64,000 nucleotides of DNA from an uncultured Gammaproteobacteria bacterium (GCA_964430295.1 CAYSEV010000003.1:6184-70183), one strand, 5' to 3'. Shown: positions 38,845-47,540, counted from the first letter of the stretch. The notes: a model not told the origin generated them from the sequence alone. Program-made: numbers and translations.

Positions 38845-39634
38845 GCATTAATTTTTTCAACTCATCAGGTACAGAAACAAATTTGAAATTATTTATTTGA
38901 GCGATAGGAATAATATTAGAACTTGTGCTTGTTAAAAATGCGCCATCATAGTCAGAAATCTTGTCGAGAGGGATTGTTTGTTCTGACGTTTCAAAACCAT
39001 GCTTTTTTGCTATAAACAATACTGTTTGCCTTGTAACTCCCTCGAGCACATATTTTGCCGGTGGCGTCAATATTTTATTATTTTTTAATGCAAAAAAATT
39101 TGTCCTCGATCCCTCCAGAATACTATCATTTGAATCTGTAAAAAGCACGTCATAATCTCCCCTCTTTCTAGCTGCTGTAAAGTACAAATAGCTTTGAAGC
39201 ATATTCAGAGACTTTGCATTAGGGAGAAATCGTGTATATCTGACTGTATTTACGGATGCTCCATTGGTATACAATTTCCTATCCGGAAACAATGGCGCTA
39301 ACGGCAAAATATATATATTTGCGCTGTTATGCTTAACGTCTCCTATAAGTAAAATTTTAATATTAAAACTGGGCTGACAAGAGATTGTCTTTTCAATAAG
39401 AGAGCGTAGGAATGCTGAGATATCTTCCTGAGTGAACGTATGCGTTAATCCGAGAATTTCAGTTGATTTGAATAATCTTTGTATATGTTGTTCTTCAAAA
39501 TATATAATACCGTTACGCACTTTTAGTGTCTCGTATACTCCAAATCCATATTGATATTCAATACTATCGATTGGAATAGTAGCATTCGCTATAGGTTCTA
39601 GCTGTCCATTTTTTGAAAAATATGGAAATATCAT
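38786..39634 (-). CDS. class IV (fold-type IV) PLP aminotransferase (D-amino-acid/branched-chain aminotransferase or ADC-lyase-like)
   Basis: 282 aa. YQYGFGVYETLKVRNGIIYFEEQHIQRL is the class IV N-terminal E..K.. region with the catalytic Lys. The length fits the DAAT/ADCL subgroup. Confidence 0.7.
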   Translation of the reverse strand: MIFPYFSKNGQLEPIANATIPIDSIEYQYGFGVYETLKVRNGIIYFEEQHIQRLFKSTEILGLTHTFTQEDISAFLRSLIEKTISCQPSFNIKILLIGDVKHNSANIYILPLAPLFPDRKLYTNGASVNTVRYTRFLPNAKSLNMLQSYLYFTAARKRGDYDVLFTDSNDSILEGSRTNFFALKNNKILTPPAKYVLEGVTRQTVLFIAKKHGFETSEQTIPLDKISDYDGAFLTSTSSNIIPIAQINNFKFVSVPDELKKLMHAYHAFLEVCKGKFEDDSS

Positions 39635-39669
39635 AATATATACGATTAAAGTGTTCTATTAATACACGG

Positions 39670-40335
39670 TTGTTTTATGCATCTGCCTCGAAGATTGTAA
39701 TACATAATGATAATATACGATATATGTCTTTTATATACGGCGTAAGTATTCTCGCGTTGATTATATTATCACTTCCCCTTCTCATTTTAATTGTAATTCT
39801 TGGTTTTATATTCAATGGAAAGCCTATATTGTTTAAACAATTGAGAGTTGGGAAGGATGGCAATATATTTACAATTTACAAATTTAGAACAATGGTAAAC
39901 GATAGTGAAAAACAAAAAATGGATCTCATACGGTATAACGAAGCTGATGGACCCGTATTCAAAATTAAGAATGATCCACGTTATACACAAATCGGAAAAT
40001 TTTTAGCACATACTGGATTAGACGAATTACCACAACTTTGGAATGTTTTAAAAGGTGATATGGCTCTTATAGGCCCACGTCCGCTACCGGTAGATGAAGC
40101 AAAACGGCTTAAACCCTGGCAAAAAAAACGCCTTGGTATTAAACCCGGTATTATTTCCCCATGGATATTGCAGGGATATCACACGATGAGTTTTGATGCG
40201 TGGATGAGAAGTGATATTGCATACACCTCTGAGAAGTCATTTCTTTATGATGTTCGGTTGGCAATATCCGTTATATATTTGCTTCTCCGATTATTTATAA
40301 AAGAAATTTTCACATTGTATAGAAAACGTATATAG
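39670..40335 (+). CDS. initiating polyprenyl-phosphate sugar-phosphate transferase (small bacterial sugar transferase, PglC/WbaP-C-terminal type)
   Basis: 221 aa. KDGNIFTIYKFRTM ... GPVFKIKNDPRYTQIGKFLAHTGLDELPQLWNVLKGDMALIGPRP is a diagnostic PGT block. The likely true start is Met19 (39724). Confidence 0.85.
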   Translation: MFYASASKIVIHNDNIRYMSFIYGVSILALIILSLPLLILIVILGFIFNGKPILFKQLRVGKDGNIFTIYKFRTMVNDSEKQKMDLIRYNEADGPVFKIKNDPRYTQIGKFLAHTGLDELPQLWNVLKGDMALIGPRPLPVDEAKRLKPWQKKRLGIKPGIISPWILQGYHTMSFDAWMRSDIAYTSEKSFLYDVRLAISVIYLLLRLFIKEIFTLYRKRI

Positions 40336-40485
40336 TCTAGGCTTGAAGAGCAACTTGTCTTCCATATAATATAGTATTTACACCACAACTCAATTTGTTG
40401 TTGTGTAGATTACAACGTTATTATATATAATTTGGATTGTCCTATCAGCCTAAATGAATTCTAAATAGTAATTCGTTAGAAAATA

Positions 40486-40514
40486 TTGACAAATCGGAAG
40501 GTAATTGATACTAT
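40486..40514 (+). promoter_or_regulatory. sigma70-type promoter (TTGACA, 17-nt spacer, TACTAT) driving the 926-aa gene
   Basis: TTGACA at 40486-40491, TACTAT at 40509-40514, and ATG at 40524 giving a very short leader. It sits in a 188-nt AT-rich intergenic region. Confidence 0.5.
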
Positions 40515-40523
40515 AGGTTTAAT

Positions 40524-43304
40524 ATGACTAATGTTGAAGCGTTAGAGCTTTCGGGAAAACAGTCGTCAAATGAAGAGATATTACAGCACCTCCATGATTT
40601 TGGTGTAACACTTTCTTCCGATAGAGACATACTTGCAGCCCAATTATCTGTTGCCTTCGATGCTATTCCACAAGGAGAATTATCTGAGATGGCGGTCCTT
40701 AATTGGGAAAAACAAGATGAACGATTTAGTCAGCTGTTGGCCTCAATTTCACCGGATGATCAGAAAATACGTGATGTCTGTGCCAGAACACCACACGCCG
40801 GTCCTCTTGGCAATATCTTGAGAACTCTTGAAAATCCTCTCCATGCTTCACCATCAAATAAAAAAAATGCTGAGCTATTGCTGGAAGAAGCACGCCTCCT
40901 GTCGGTGTTAAACGGTACTCATAAGAGTATGGATGATTATATCTCTCAGGGAACTCGCGTAGTAACTATCAAAGCACAGCTAAATGATGTCAGAAAGGCA
41001 CATGAGCTTATCACAACAAGAAATGGATATAAGCTGACAACACAAGAAGCAATAGCAGAGGCACGAGCCGTTCGTGAAAACCCTCTTTTGCCAGCTGCAC
41101 GATTTGTGAAGAAAGAATATAGAAAAGCGACTGATGGTGTCACGGGTGTTATATACGAACACCGCACGAAAGTAGAGTTAAGCCGTAAGAAAAAAGAAGC
41201 CAGCAGAGCTCGCATGCGTGAATATTCTCAATACGTTGACGCATTGGCTGCCAACATGCGATTTGATAAAGGAGAAAAGACTGCAGAACGACTCCTTGAT
41301 GCAAGTTCATTTGATTTGCCTTCATGGGTGAAACATGTCCAACTTGATCAATCTGTCGGACCTATACGATCCGATATATCAACACGAATAGGACATGTTC
41401 TGACACTTTCGTCAACTGCAAAACTTCCTTCTGATATTGATAAGGCGCGTACACCAGCTGAAGCATTGCAGATGCTTGCAATTTCACAAGCAAAGGTTTT
41501 GTTTCTGGAAAAAAATGCTCCAGACTATGTCACGATGCCTGGGTTCGCTGCGAAGCGAAATATATGGTTTTTTGAGCGTGAAGCTAAGAGAATTTTGGAC
41601 CAAGGTCTCGATAAACGAAGAAGTACGGCTTGGTTGAAAACTGCTGAGTTAACTGTTGCGTTTAGCGTTATTGCCACAGCATGCGCTCCAAAAACATCAC
41701 CAACAATTGTTGTTGAAAGGACACCTCCTGCCGGTTTAACGGCAGAGCCTCCTTCATCTGGTACACCCAAAACAGAAGCACCACAAGTTACCTCTCCTGA
41801 GGTAACTGTAATTAAATCTGAGTCCGGCTTGAACAAAACAAAAGTACTGACCACTTTAAATTCAGAGTCGTATAAAAAGCTTACGGCAGAAGACAAGAAG
41901 GCAGCACCAAATCTCGTACAGTTATTTGATGCACTGAAGGCTAAATTTGCCGAGGAAAAAACATCAATGAGTCCTGAAGATATTCAGGTCTTGTACCTGA
42001 GAATTTTTCAGGCAAAAACTGACAAGAATGAAGCGTTTGATTGGGAGGTTGCGATTGTTCCGCTCGAGAGTCCCGAAGGGACAAAACCCGGATTTCAATA
42101 CGCAAAAGTTGCATTTATCGACGCGGATGGAAATGTTGTCACACACAATGTGGTTATAAATGACAATGAACTCATAGACAAACAAACCGCCGAAGCAACT
42201 GCAACAGCAGATGTGACTGAATTTGCTACAGCACCCGCACCAAAGCCTGCGACACAAAAAGATACGTTTACAGCTCAGACTATGCGTGTTGTGGATGGTC
42301 CACATAAAGGACAACTGTTATTTGCCGTTACTACACTTGAGGATGGGACGTTGTTGTATCTCTATCTGGACCCAACTGATGTGACCAAAACGCTTACACT
42401 GGAAAGTAAACAACAAAGCAAACTGGCCGAGGTTTGGGAGTCGTTAGGTGTTACAACAGCGGAAGCAGCAGGAATAATTGAAAAGCCTGCCTTAGTATTG
42501 CCTGATAAAAAAACAGAGTTAGGATATACGAAAGACATGATGGGAAATTATGTAAAAGTGGAAAATGGATTCACATACATATGGGATGAAGAACGTGAGG
42601 CGGGATATAGGCAATATTTCAGTGGGTATATACTAGACTTTCGTCCAGAAATCAATTTGCCTGATTCTAAGGGTAAAAACACGTGGAATGATGGTTTTTT
42701 GACGGAAGCATATGTCGATGGTGCATTTCTTGGTGAACAGGAATTGCCTTCTGCTATTCGTCCAGAAAATTTAGATCCTACAGGGAAAATAAATGTCACA
42801 GATTTCTTCCAAACTTTAATGATGCAACATATGGTGGATAGAGGAATAATAAAAAGTGTTTCTGATTTTGAAACTGCAAAATTTTGGTTGACACACGATT
42901 ATCATATTGATTTTACGACAGGGAATGGAGCTGAAAAACAAAGCTTTGGTATTTGGGATGGCAGCAAGATAATTGTTCACATTCGCGCAGACGCTGAGGA
43001 ATTAAAAGCAAATATGGAAACCAATGGGTTTTCTGAAGCCAAGTCGTATACAGTATATGGTGAGGAAAATAGCTATATGGTTAAGTTGTGGACGAAAAAC
43101 GGTAATTTATATGTAGATATCGCGCCAACACTGCCGGCATCAAAGTGGACCAATATGCAAATTACAGAGATGATTATGTTTTGGGTTGCCGTATTTGATC
43201 AGGGACCAGATTTGAGCGCTCCGCAGTCTGGAGAAATGCTCAACAAAATCGTGTTAAATAACAAAGGGCAATTGACGCTAATAGAGTTTACTCCAAGGAA
43301 ATAA
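40524..43304 (+). CDS. large hypothetical envelope protein: ~370-aa cytoplasmic N-domain, single TM, Pro/Thr/Ser linker, ~500-aa extracytoplasmic C-domain
   Basis: 926 aa with no N-terminal signal peptide. Hydrophobic segment LKTAELTVAFSVIATACAP near residues 375-395, followed by the PT-rich linker KTSPTIVVERTPPAGLTAEPPSSGTPKTEAPQVTSPEV. No catalytic motif recognised. GC is distinctly higher than the upstream island. Confidence 0.5.
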   Translation: MTNVEALELSGKQSSNEEILQHLHDFGVTLSSDRDILAAQLSVAFDAIPQGELSEMAVLNWEKQDERFSQLLASISPDDQKIRDVCARTPHAGPLGNILRTLENPLHASPSNKKNAELLLEEARLLSVLNGTHKSMDDYISQGTRVVTIKAQLNDVRKAHELITTRNGYKLTTQEAIAEARAVRENPLLPAARFVKKEYRKATDGVTGVIYEHRTKVELSRKKKEASRARMREYSQYVDALAANMRFDKGEKTAERLLDASSFDLPSWVKHVQLDQSVGPIRSDISTRIGHVLTLSSTAKLPSDIDKARTPAEALQMLAISQAKVLFLEKNAPDYVTMPGFAAKRNIWFFEREAKRILDQGLDKRRSTAWLKTAELTVAFSVIATACAPKTSPTIVVERTPPAGLTAEPPSSGTPKTEAPQVTSPEVTVIKSESGLNKTKVLTTLNSESYKKLTAEDKKAAPNLVQLFDALKAKFAEEKTSMSPEDIQVLYLRIFQAKTDKNEAFDWEVAIVPLESPEGTKPGFQYAKVAFIDADGNVVTHNVVINDNELIDKQTAEATATADVTEFATAPAPKPATQKDTFTAQTMRVVDGPHKGQLLFAVTTLEDGTLLYLYLDPTDVTKTLTLESKQQSKLAEVWESLGVTTAEAAGIIEKPALVLPDKKTELGYTKDMMGNYVKVENGFTYIWDEEREAGYRQYFSGYILDFRPEINLPDSKGKNTWNDGFLTEAYVDGAFLGEQELPSAIRPENLDPTGKINVTDFFQTLMMQHMVDRGIIKSVSDFETAKFWLTHDYHIDFTTGNGAEKQSFGIWDGSKIIVHIRADAEELKANMETNGFSEAKSYTVYGEENSYMVKLWTKNGNLYVDIAPTLPASKWTNMQITEMIMFWVAVFDQGPDLSAPQSGEMLNKIVLNNKGQLTLIEFTPRK

Positions 43305-43353
43305 CGTCTCTCCTCTACTTGTAATTTCTTGTTTTTTCTACTACGCTTGAGGT

Positions 43354-43995
43354 ATGGCGTTTCGGAAAATTTGGATAGTATTGATACTTGTAACAATCAT
43401 AGCAGTACCCCTTATTTTTGCCTTCATTGTACCGCATATGGATGATTTGGTGCACACGGCCTCAATGCTTAAGGCATCTAAACGAAGAGTGGGATCAAAC
43501 TACAAGATTGTAAACACGATCCCGAACTATACCATTGAGCTAAAGGATACAGCGTATTTGGACTATATAACAGGACAATTGACTATTTTTTCACCTAATG
43601 GCGTTATTGATGTGGCAGCTAATTCAGGTCACCGTGAGGTTAAAAAGCGATATACGGTAACAGATCTTCGCATTGAATTCGTATCTAAACTGGATAGATA
43701 TATATTAGGATTGTCAGGAAATGAGACCTTTTCAAGTTGGGGTACATATGCTGTAGAAGGAAATGTGTTGGTGGTAAAAATTGCACTGAATTTTAATGAT
43801 AGTATGTTATCTTCTTCACCGACTGCCCCTGAAGAGGTCTTTCTTGACACCTTGTATCAGACGCTATATTTTGCCCATGGTGTCACATACGGAGTTGATT
43901 TTACTGAGGGATTTGAAAAAAACAAAAAAGACATGCTTAATTTTTTACGCACGGGTATATTTGCCTGGCCGGTTAAAATCTCAAGGAACTCATGA
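43354..43995 (+). CDS. hypothetical signal-anchored extracytoplasmic protein
   Basis: 213 aa. N-terminal IWIVLILVTIIAVPLIFAFIV. Translationally coupled to the next gene by an ATGA overlap. Confidence 0.5.
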   Translation: MAFRKIWIVLILVTIIAVPLIFAFIVPHMDDLVHTASMLKASKRRVGSNYKIVNTIPNYTIELKDTAYLDYITGQLTIFSPNGVIDVAANSGHREVKKRYTVTDLRIEFVSKLDRYILGLSGNETFSSWGTYAVEGNVLVVKIALNFNDSMLSSSPTAPEEVFLDTLYQTLYFAHGVTYGVDFTEGFEKNKKDMLNFLRTGIFAWPVKISRNS

Positions 43996-45710
43996 AATAC
44001 GTTTTCTATAAAATTTTTATACTGTTTTTTGCTTTATTTTTGTACGTAAATAGTACTGTCCCCGTATATGCTAATGGGATTTGCAGCGGGCCTCCATATG
44101 ATTCTGCATGCGTCATGCAAAATGTTCCATATTTGCAAGATGTATATCAAGATCAGGGAGTGCCACCGTACGTAGTTCGCGTCTTAGTTGGAAGAATATG
44201 GGTAAATAGAACAGTATGTACAATCCCTCAATCAGGTGGCGGATCATGTCAATGTTGCACTGATGCGGGTGGATGTTATCTGGATTGTCCCGGAACTAAT
44301 AATAATAATAATAATAACGGCACGCCTGAGCCAACATTGCCTCCGGGGCGCACTCCAACGCCAACCAACACGCCTGCCCCAACTCCCGCATGTCAAAAAA
44401 TGTATTATTGTAATACAAGTACCTATACGTGCAGTCAAACAGGATCACAATACGATACGACGATCCCGTACCCGCTCTGTGGAAGTGCCTCCCCTACCTG
44501 TGCAGCCAATCTTGCTACATATTTACCGGGACAAACAACGGGTACCTGTTTTGACTCATTGGCTGCATGTCAATTTAGCTGCGTTGCGCCTCCGGGTACC
44601 GTGCGGATGCGTGCTGTGGTGGTCCCTTCTGGTACAAACACATGTGCAGCTGTGACATCAAGTACAAGCTATGCATCTGTAGATGTGTCCCTTTTCCCTG
44701 ACGGCACGACGAAAACAACAGCATCTGATGGAACTTATACAAGCGCAAGATGGACGAATTCAGATCCGGGTACAAAATCGTTTATCGATACACCTCCTGC
44801 AGATTATGTTCTTGCACTTGCCTGTTACAACACAACATCGCAGCCTGCATACTCGTCGGGATATACGGCTACACTTCCATCTGCTGAAACGCTCACCTGG
44901 CAACTTGGGTACACGGCTGGAGTCGGGTGGTTCCAGGCTCAGGGCGGAGACGTATATGCCGCTACTCAACTTCGATCATACATACCATCATCTGCCGTTG
45001 GCGGAAGATATTTTGATAAAGATGGCAATACCGGAGGTACTCCGGGTATTGTGACATTTGGCACAAGTGCGGATTTTGATAATACATCAGGGACAGGATA
45101 CGGATACGTATCAACAAAAAATTGGCTGGTCAAAGAAACCCAATCCGCAACAGATTATTATGCAGTCATGTATCATAGGTTTGGTTCCCCTACAACGGCA
45201 GATTATCCGGGTGGCACAACATTTACATCCAAGCCTGCATCGAGGACTGAACCGTACTATGTAAATGGTGATCTGATCGTTGATACAAATCAATGGAGCG
45301 TTGGAAATGGAGAAACAATCACTGTTCTGGTAAACGGGAGTCTGACAATAAATAAAAAAATTAACATAACAGGAACGGGATTTGTCGCTTTTATCGTAAA
45401 CGGAGATATTACTATAGGTTCAGGTGTCGGTACAACTTCAACCTCTTCAACACCTGTTCTGGAGGGAATCTATATTACCTCACCCTCAGGAACATTTAGG
45501 ACAGGAAGTTCTACGAGTGCAGCAGCACGACGGTTTGTAGGCAAAGGAACATTCGTGGCAGGAACATTTGCGCTTGAGCGTGACTTAGATGCCGATGGAC
45601 ATAATATTGATTATGCTGCAGATTTGTTTATTTATAATCCGGAACTCATGCTTCGAATGCCGGATAAAATGAAAGATTTGCCGGTAAGCTGGCAAGAAGT
45701 AGCGCCGTAA
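43992..45710 (+). CDS. secreted Cys-rich / Thr-Ser-Gly-rich surface protein with poly-Asn tract and Pro-Thr linker
   Basis: 572 aa. Signal peptide MKYVFYKIFILFFALFLYVNSTVPVYA. About 24 Cys in the first 200 aa (CxxC, CQCC). NNNNNNN then PTLPPGRTPTPTNTPAPTPA. The C-terminal 300 aa is rich in G/T/S/V and looks beta-rich. Confidence 0.5.
   Translation: MKYVFYKIFILFFALFLYVNSTVPVYANGICSGPPYDSACVMQNVPYLQDVYQDQGVPPYVVRVLVGRIWVNRTVCTIPQSGGGSCQCCTDAGGCYLDCPGTNNNNNNNGTPEPTLPPGRTPTPTNTPAPTPACQKMYYCNTSTYTCSQTGSQYDTTIPYPLCGSASPTCAANLATYLPGQTTGTCFDSLAACQFSCVAPPGTVRMRAVVVPSGTNTCAAVTSSTSYASVDVSLFPDGTTKTTASDGTYTSARWTNSDPGTKSFIDTPPADYVLALACYNTTSQPAYSSGYTATLPSAETLTWQLGYTAGVGWFQAQGGDVYAATQLRSYIPSSAVGGRYFDKDGNTGGTPGIVTFGTSADFDNTSGTGYGYVSTKNWLVKETQSATDYYAVMYHRFGSPTTADYPGGTTFTSKPASRTEPYYVNGDLIVDTNQWSVGNGETITVLVNGSLTINKKINITGTGFVAFIVNGDITIGSGVGTTSTSSTPVLEGIYITSPSGTFRTGSSTSAAARRFVGKGTFVAGTFALERDLDADGHNIDYAADLFIYNPELMLRMPDKMKDLPVSWQEVAP
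44297..44317 (+). repeat. (TAA)7 trinucleotide microsatellite, in frame as AAT = Asn7, inside the 572-aa gene
   Basis: Read directly: ggaactaataataataataataataacggc. Confidence 0.85.
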
Positions 45711-45757
45711 TACGTGAAGTTCTGGCTGCAATGCCTGTTGTATGATATAATTCTTAT

Positions 45758-45895
45758 ATGGTTAAACGAACATATCAGCCAAAAAAAGGAAAGCGCGTGC
45801 GAACTCATGGGTTTCGCGAGCGAATGAAAACGGCAGGCGGACGCAAAGTCTTGAAACGACGACGATCTATAGGTCGAGCGAAGTTGACTGTGTAA
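45758..45895 (+). CDS. rpmH: 50S ribosomal protein L34
   Basis: Not in the ORF track (45 aa). Translates as [45 protein letters not shown], a near-canonical L34. Followed by rnpA. Confidence 0.85.
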   Translation: MVKRTYQPKKGKRVRTHGFRERMKTAGGRKVLKRRRSIGRAKLTV

Positions 45896-45957
45896 TAATC
45901 AATACACGATTAGCAGATATATTGTACGCTTCTCGTATTGTCGGTTATTAGTTTATT

Positions 45958-46320
45958 ATGCTTCCCCATAAATATCGGCTTCCCCCATACTCTATTCGTG
46001 ATGTTATGCGCCGCGGTCGACGTATAGTCCGAAATGGAATAACTATGCTTTTTTTGCACCGAACAACTCACCTACCTCAAGAGCAAATTTTGCAGTTTCG
46101 AGTTGCTGTTATTACCTCTGCCAACATTGATACGCGAGCGGTTATCCGAAACAGAATGCGACGGGTTATGCATGAATCTATCGCACATATACTGCCGAAC
46201 ATATCCAATACGACTGATTGTGTTGTCATCGGATCAAAGAGTCTCATAGGGTTATCTCAATCTGAGGTTGAAATTCGGCTGGATGATATTTTTAGGTATG
46301 CCGGACTCACACACAAATAA
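45958..46320 (+). CDS. rnpA: ribonuclease P protein component
   Basis: 120 aa, basic. Sits immediately after rpmH in the conserved rpmH-rnpA order. Confidence 0.85.
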   Translation: MLPHKYRLPPYSIRDVMRRGRRIVRNGITMLFLHRTTHLPQEQILQFRVAVITSANIDTRAVIRNRMRRVMHESIAHILPNISNTTDCVVIGSKSLIGLSQSEVEIRLDDIFRYAGLTHK

Positions 46321-46328
46321 CACGTACT

Positions 46329-46646
46329 ATGAAAAAGCTTCATAATACTCCAGCTATAAAACGGATTTCGTATGCACGGGTTGTCCCATTGTTTATCATT
46401 CGATTTTATCAGCGATTTCTGTCTTTTGACACGGGATACGTCGGAAGGCTTATTCCAATAGGTAAAACATGTCGCTTTACGCCAACGTGTAGTGAGTATA
46501 CATATCAGGCTATTGAACGCTATGGTATACTATACGGATCTCGGTTAGGTATACAACGAATACTTCGTTGTCATCCTTGGAATCCCGGAGGATGGGATCC
46601 CGTACCGGAAAATAATCCAATAACTAATAAACGAATAATCCAATAG
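46329..46646 (+). CDS. yidD: membrane protein insertion efficiency factor YidD
   Basis: 105 aa. [40 protein letters not shown] is the YidD Cys motif. Confidence 0.85.
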   Translation: MKKLHNTPAIKRISYARVVPLFIIRFYQRFLSFDTGYVGRLIPIGKTCRFTPTCSEYTYQAIERYGILYGSRLGIQRILRCHPWNPGGWDPVPENNPITNKRIIQ

Positions 46647-46696
46647 ATGGTTTGGAATACTCTGGTATTAGATTGTTGGGGTATTGAAATAGATAT

Positions 46697-47536
46697 ATGC
46701 AAAATCCAACACTATGGAATCAGTTACTTGTATGGCCGATTGTTAATGTGCTCATTGCTCTTTATAAAGGTTTTGAGTATCTGCATGTCCCTGGTCCGTT
46801 AGGGTTTGCAGTCATAGGCCTAACGGTTATTATCCGGTTACTCCTCTATCCCCTTATGAATGCGCAAATGAAATCCGCAAAAAAGATGTCTGCACTCAAA
46901 CCGCACTTGGACTCGTTAAATGAAAAGCATAAAAATGATAAACAGGCACTTCAACAGGCACAACTTGCTCTGTATAAAGAACATGGGGTGAATCCAGCAG
47001 CCGGATGTCTCCCCCTTCTGATACAAATGCCTGTTCTTATCGCTTTATATAATGTGTTTTATCAGGTGCTCAATAACGGCAACATACAAAAGGTCGTTGA
47101 AACACTCAATCACGTGGCGTATGCATCCTGGATGCATATCGGCACACTGGATCTCTCATTTTTCGGTGTAAACCTGGGGCTTAAACCCTCTCAATGGCAA
47201 ACACATGGGTGGTGGTTATTATCTATCCCAGTTATTACAGGTGCATTGCAGTGGTATCAAAGTAAACTGATGTTGCCTCAATCTGCATCGGTAAGCTCCG
47301 ATACCCAAAATTCAAATACGAAACAAATACAAAAAAATAAAAATTCCAAAAAAGATGAAACGGTTGAACAAAAACCTGAAGATACAGCAGCAGAAATGCA
47401 AAAACAAATGGCCATGATTACACCTGTTATGTTTGGGTATTTTGCCCTTCAGTTCCCTCTTGGTCTGGCCCTCTACTGGAATGTTTTTGGACTTTTTGGT
47501 ATCATGCAACAACTGAAAATTAATAAGGAGAAGTAA
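46697..47536 (+). CDS. yidC: membrane protein insertase YidC/Oxa1 family (short form)
   Basis: 279 aa. YPLMNAQMKSAKKMSALKPHLDSLNEKHK...LYKEHGVNPAAGCLPLLIQMPVLIALY is the conserved YidC core. Confidence 0.85.
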   Translation: MQNPTLWNQLLVWPIVNVLIALYKGFEYLHVPGPLGFAVIGLTVIIRLLLYPLMNAQMKSAKKMSALKPHLDSLNEKHKNDKQALQQAQLALYKEHGVNPAAGCLPLLIQMPVLIALYNVFYQVLNNGNIQKVVETLNHVAYASWMHIGTLDLSFFGVNLGLKPSQWQTHGWWLLSIPVITGALQWYQSKLMLPQSASVSSDTQNSNTKQIQKNKNSKKDETVEQKPEDTAAEMQKQMAMITPVMFGYFALQFPLGLALYWNVFGLFGIMQQLKINKEK

Positions 47537-47540
47537 TGCT

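Noticed and set aside
40524-45710. Considered whether the higher-GC 40.5-45.7 kb operon is itself a horizontally acquired island.
   Set aside because: Its GC (about 45% or more by eye) matches dnaA, jag, rplY and the 60-62 kb genes. The flanking glycan locus is the compositional outlier, not this operon.
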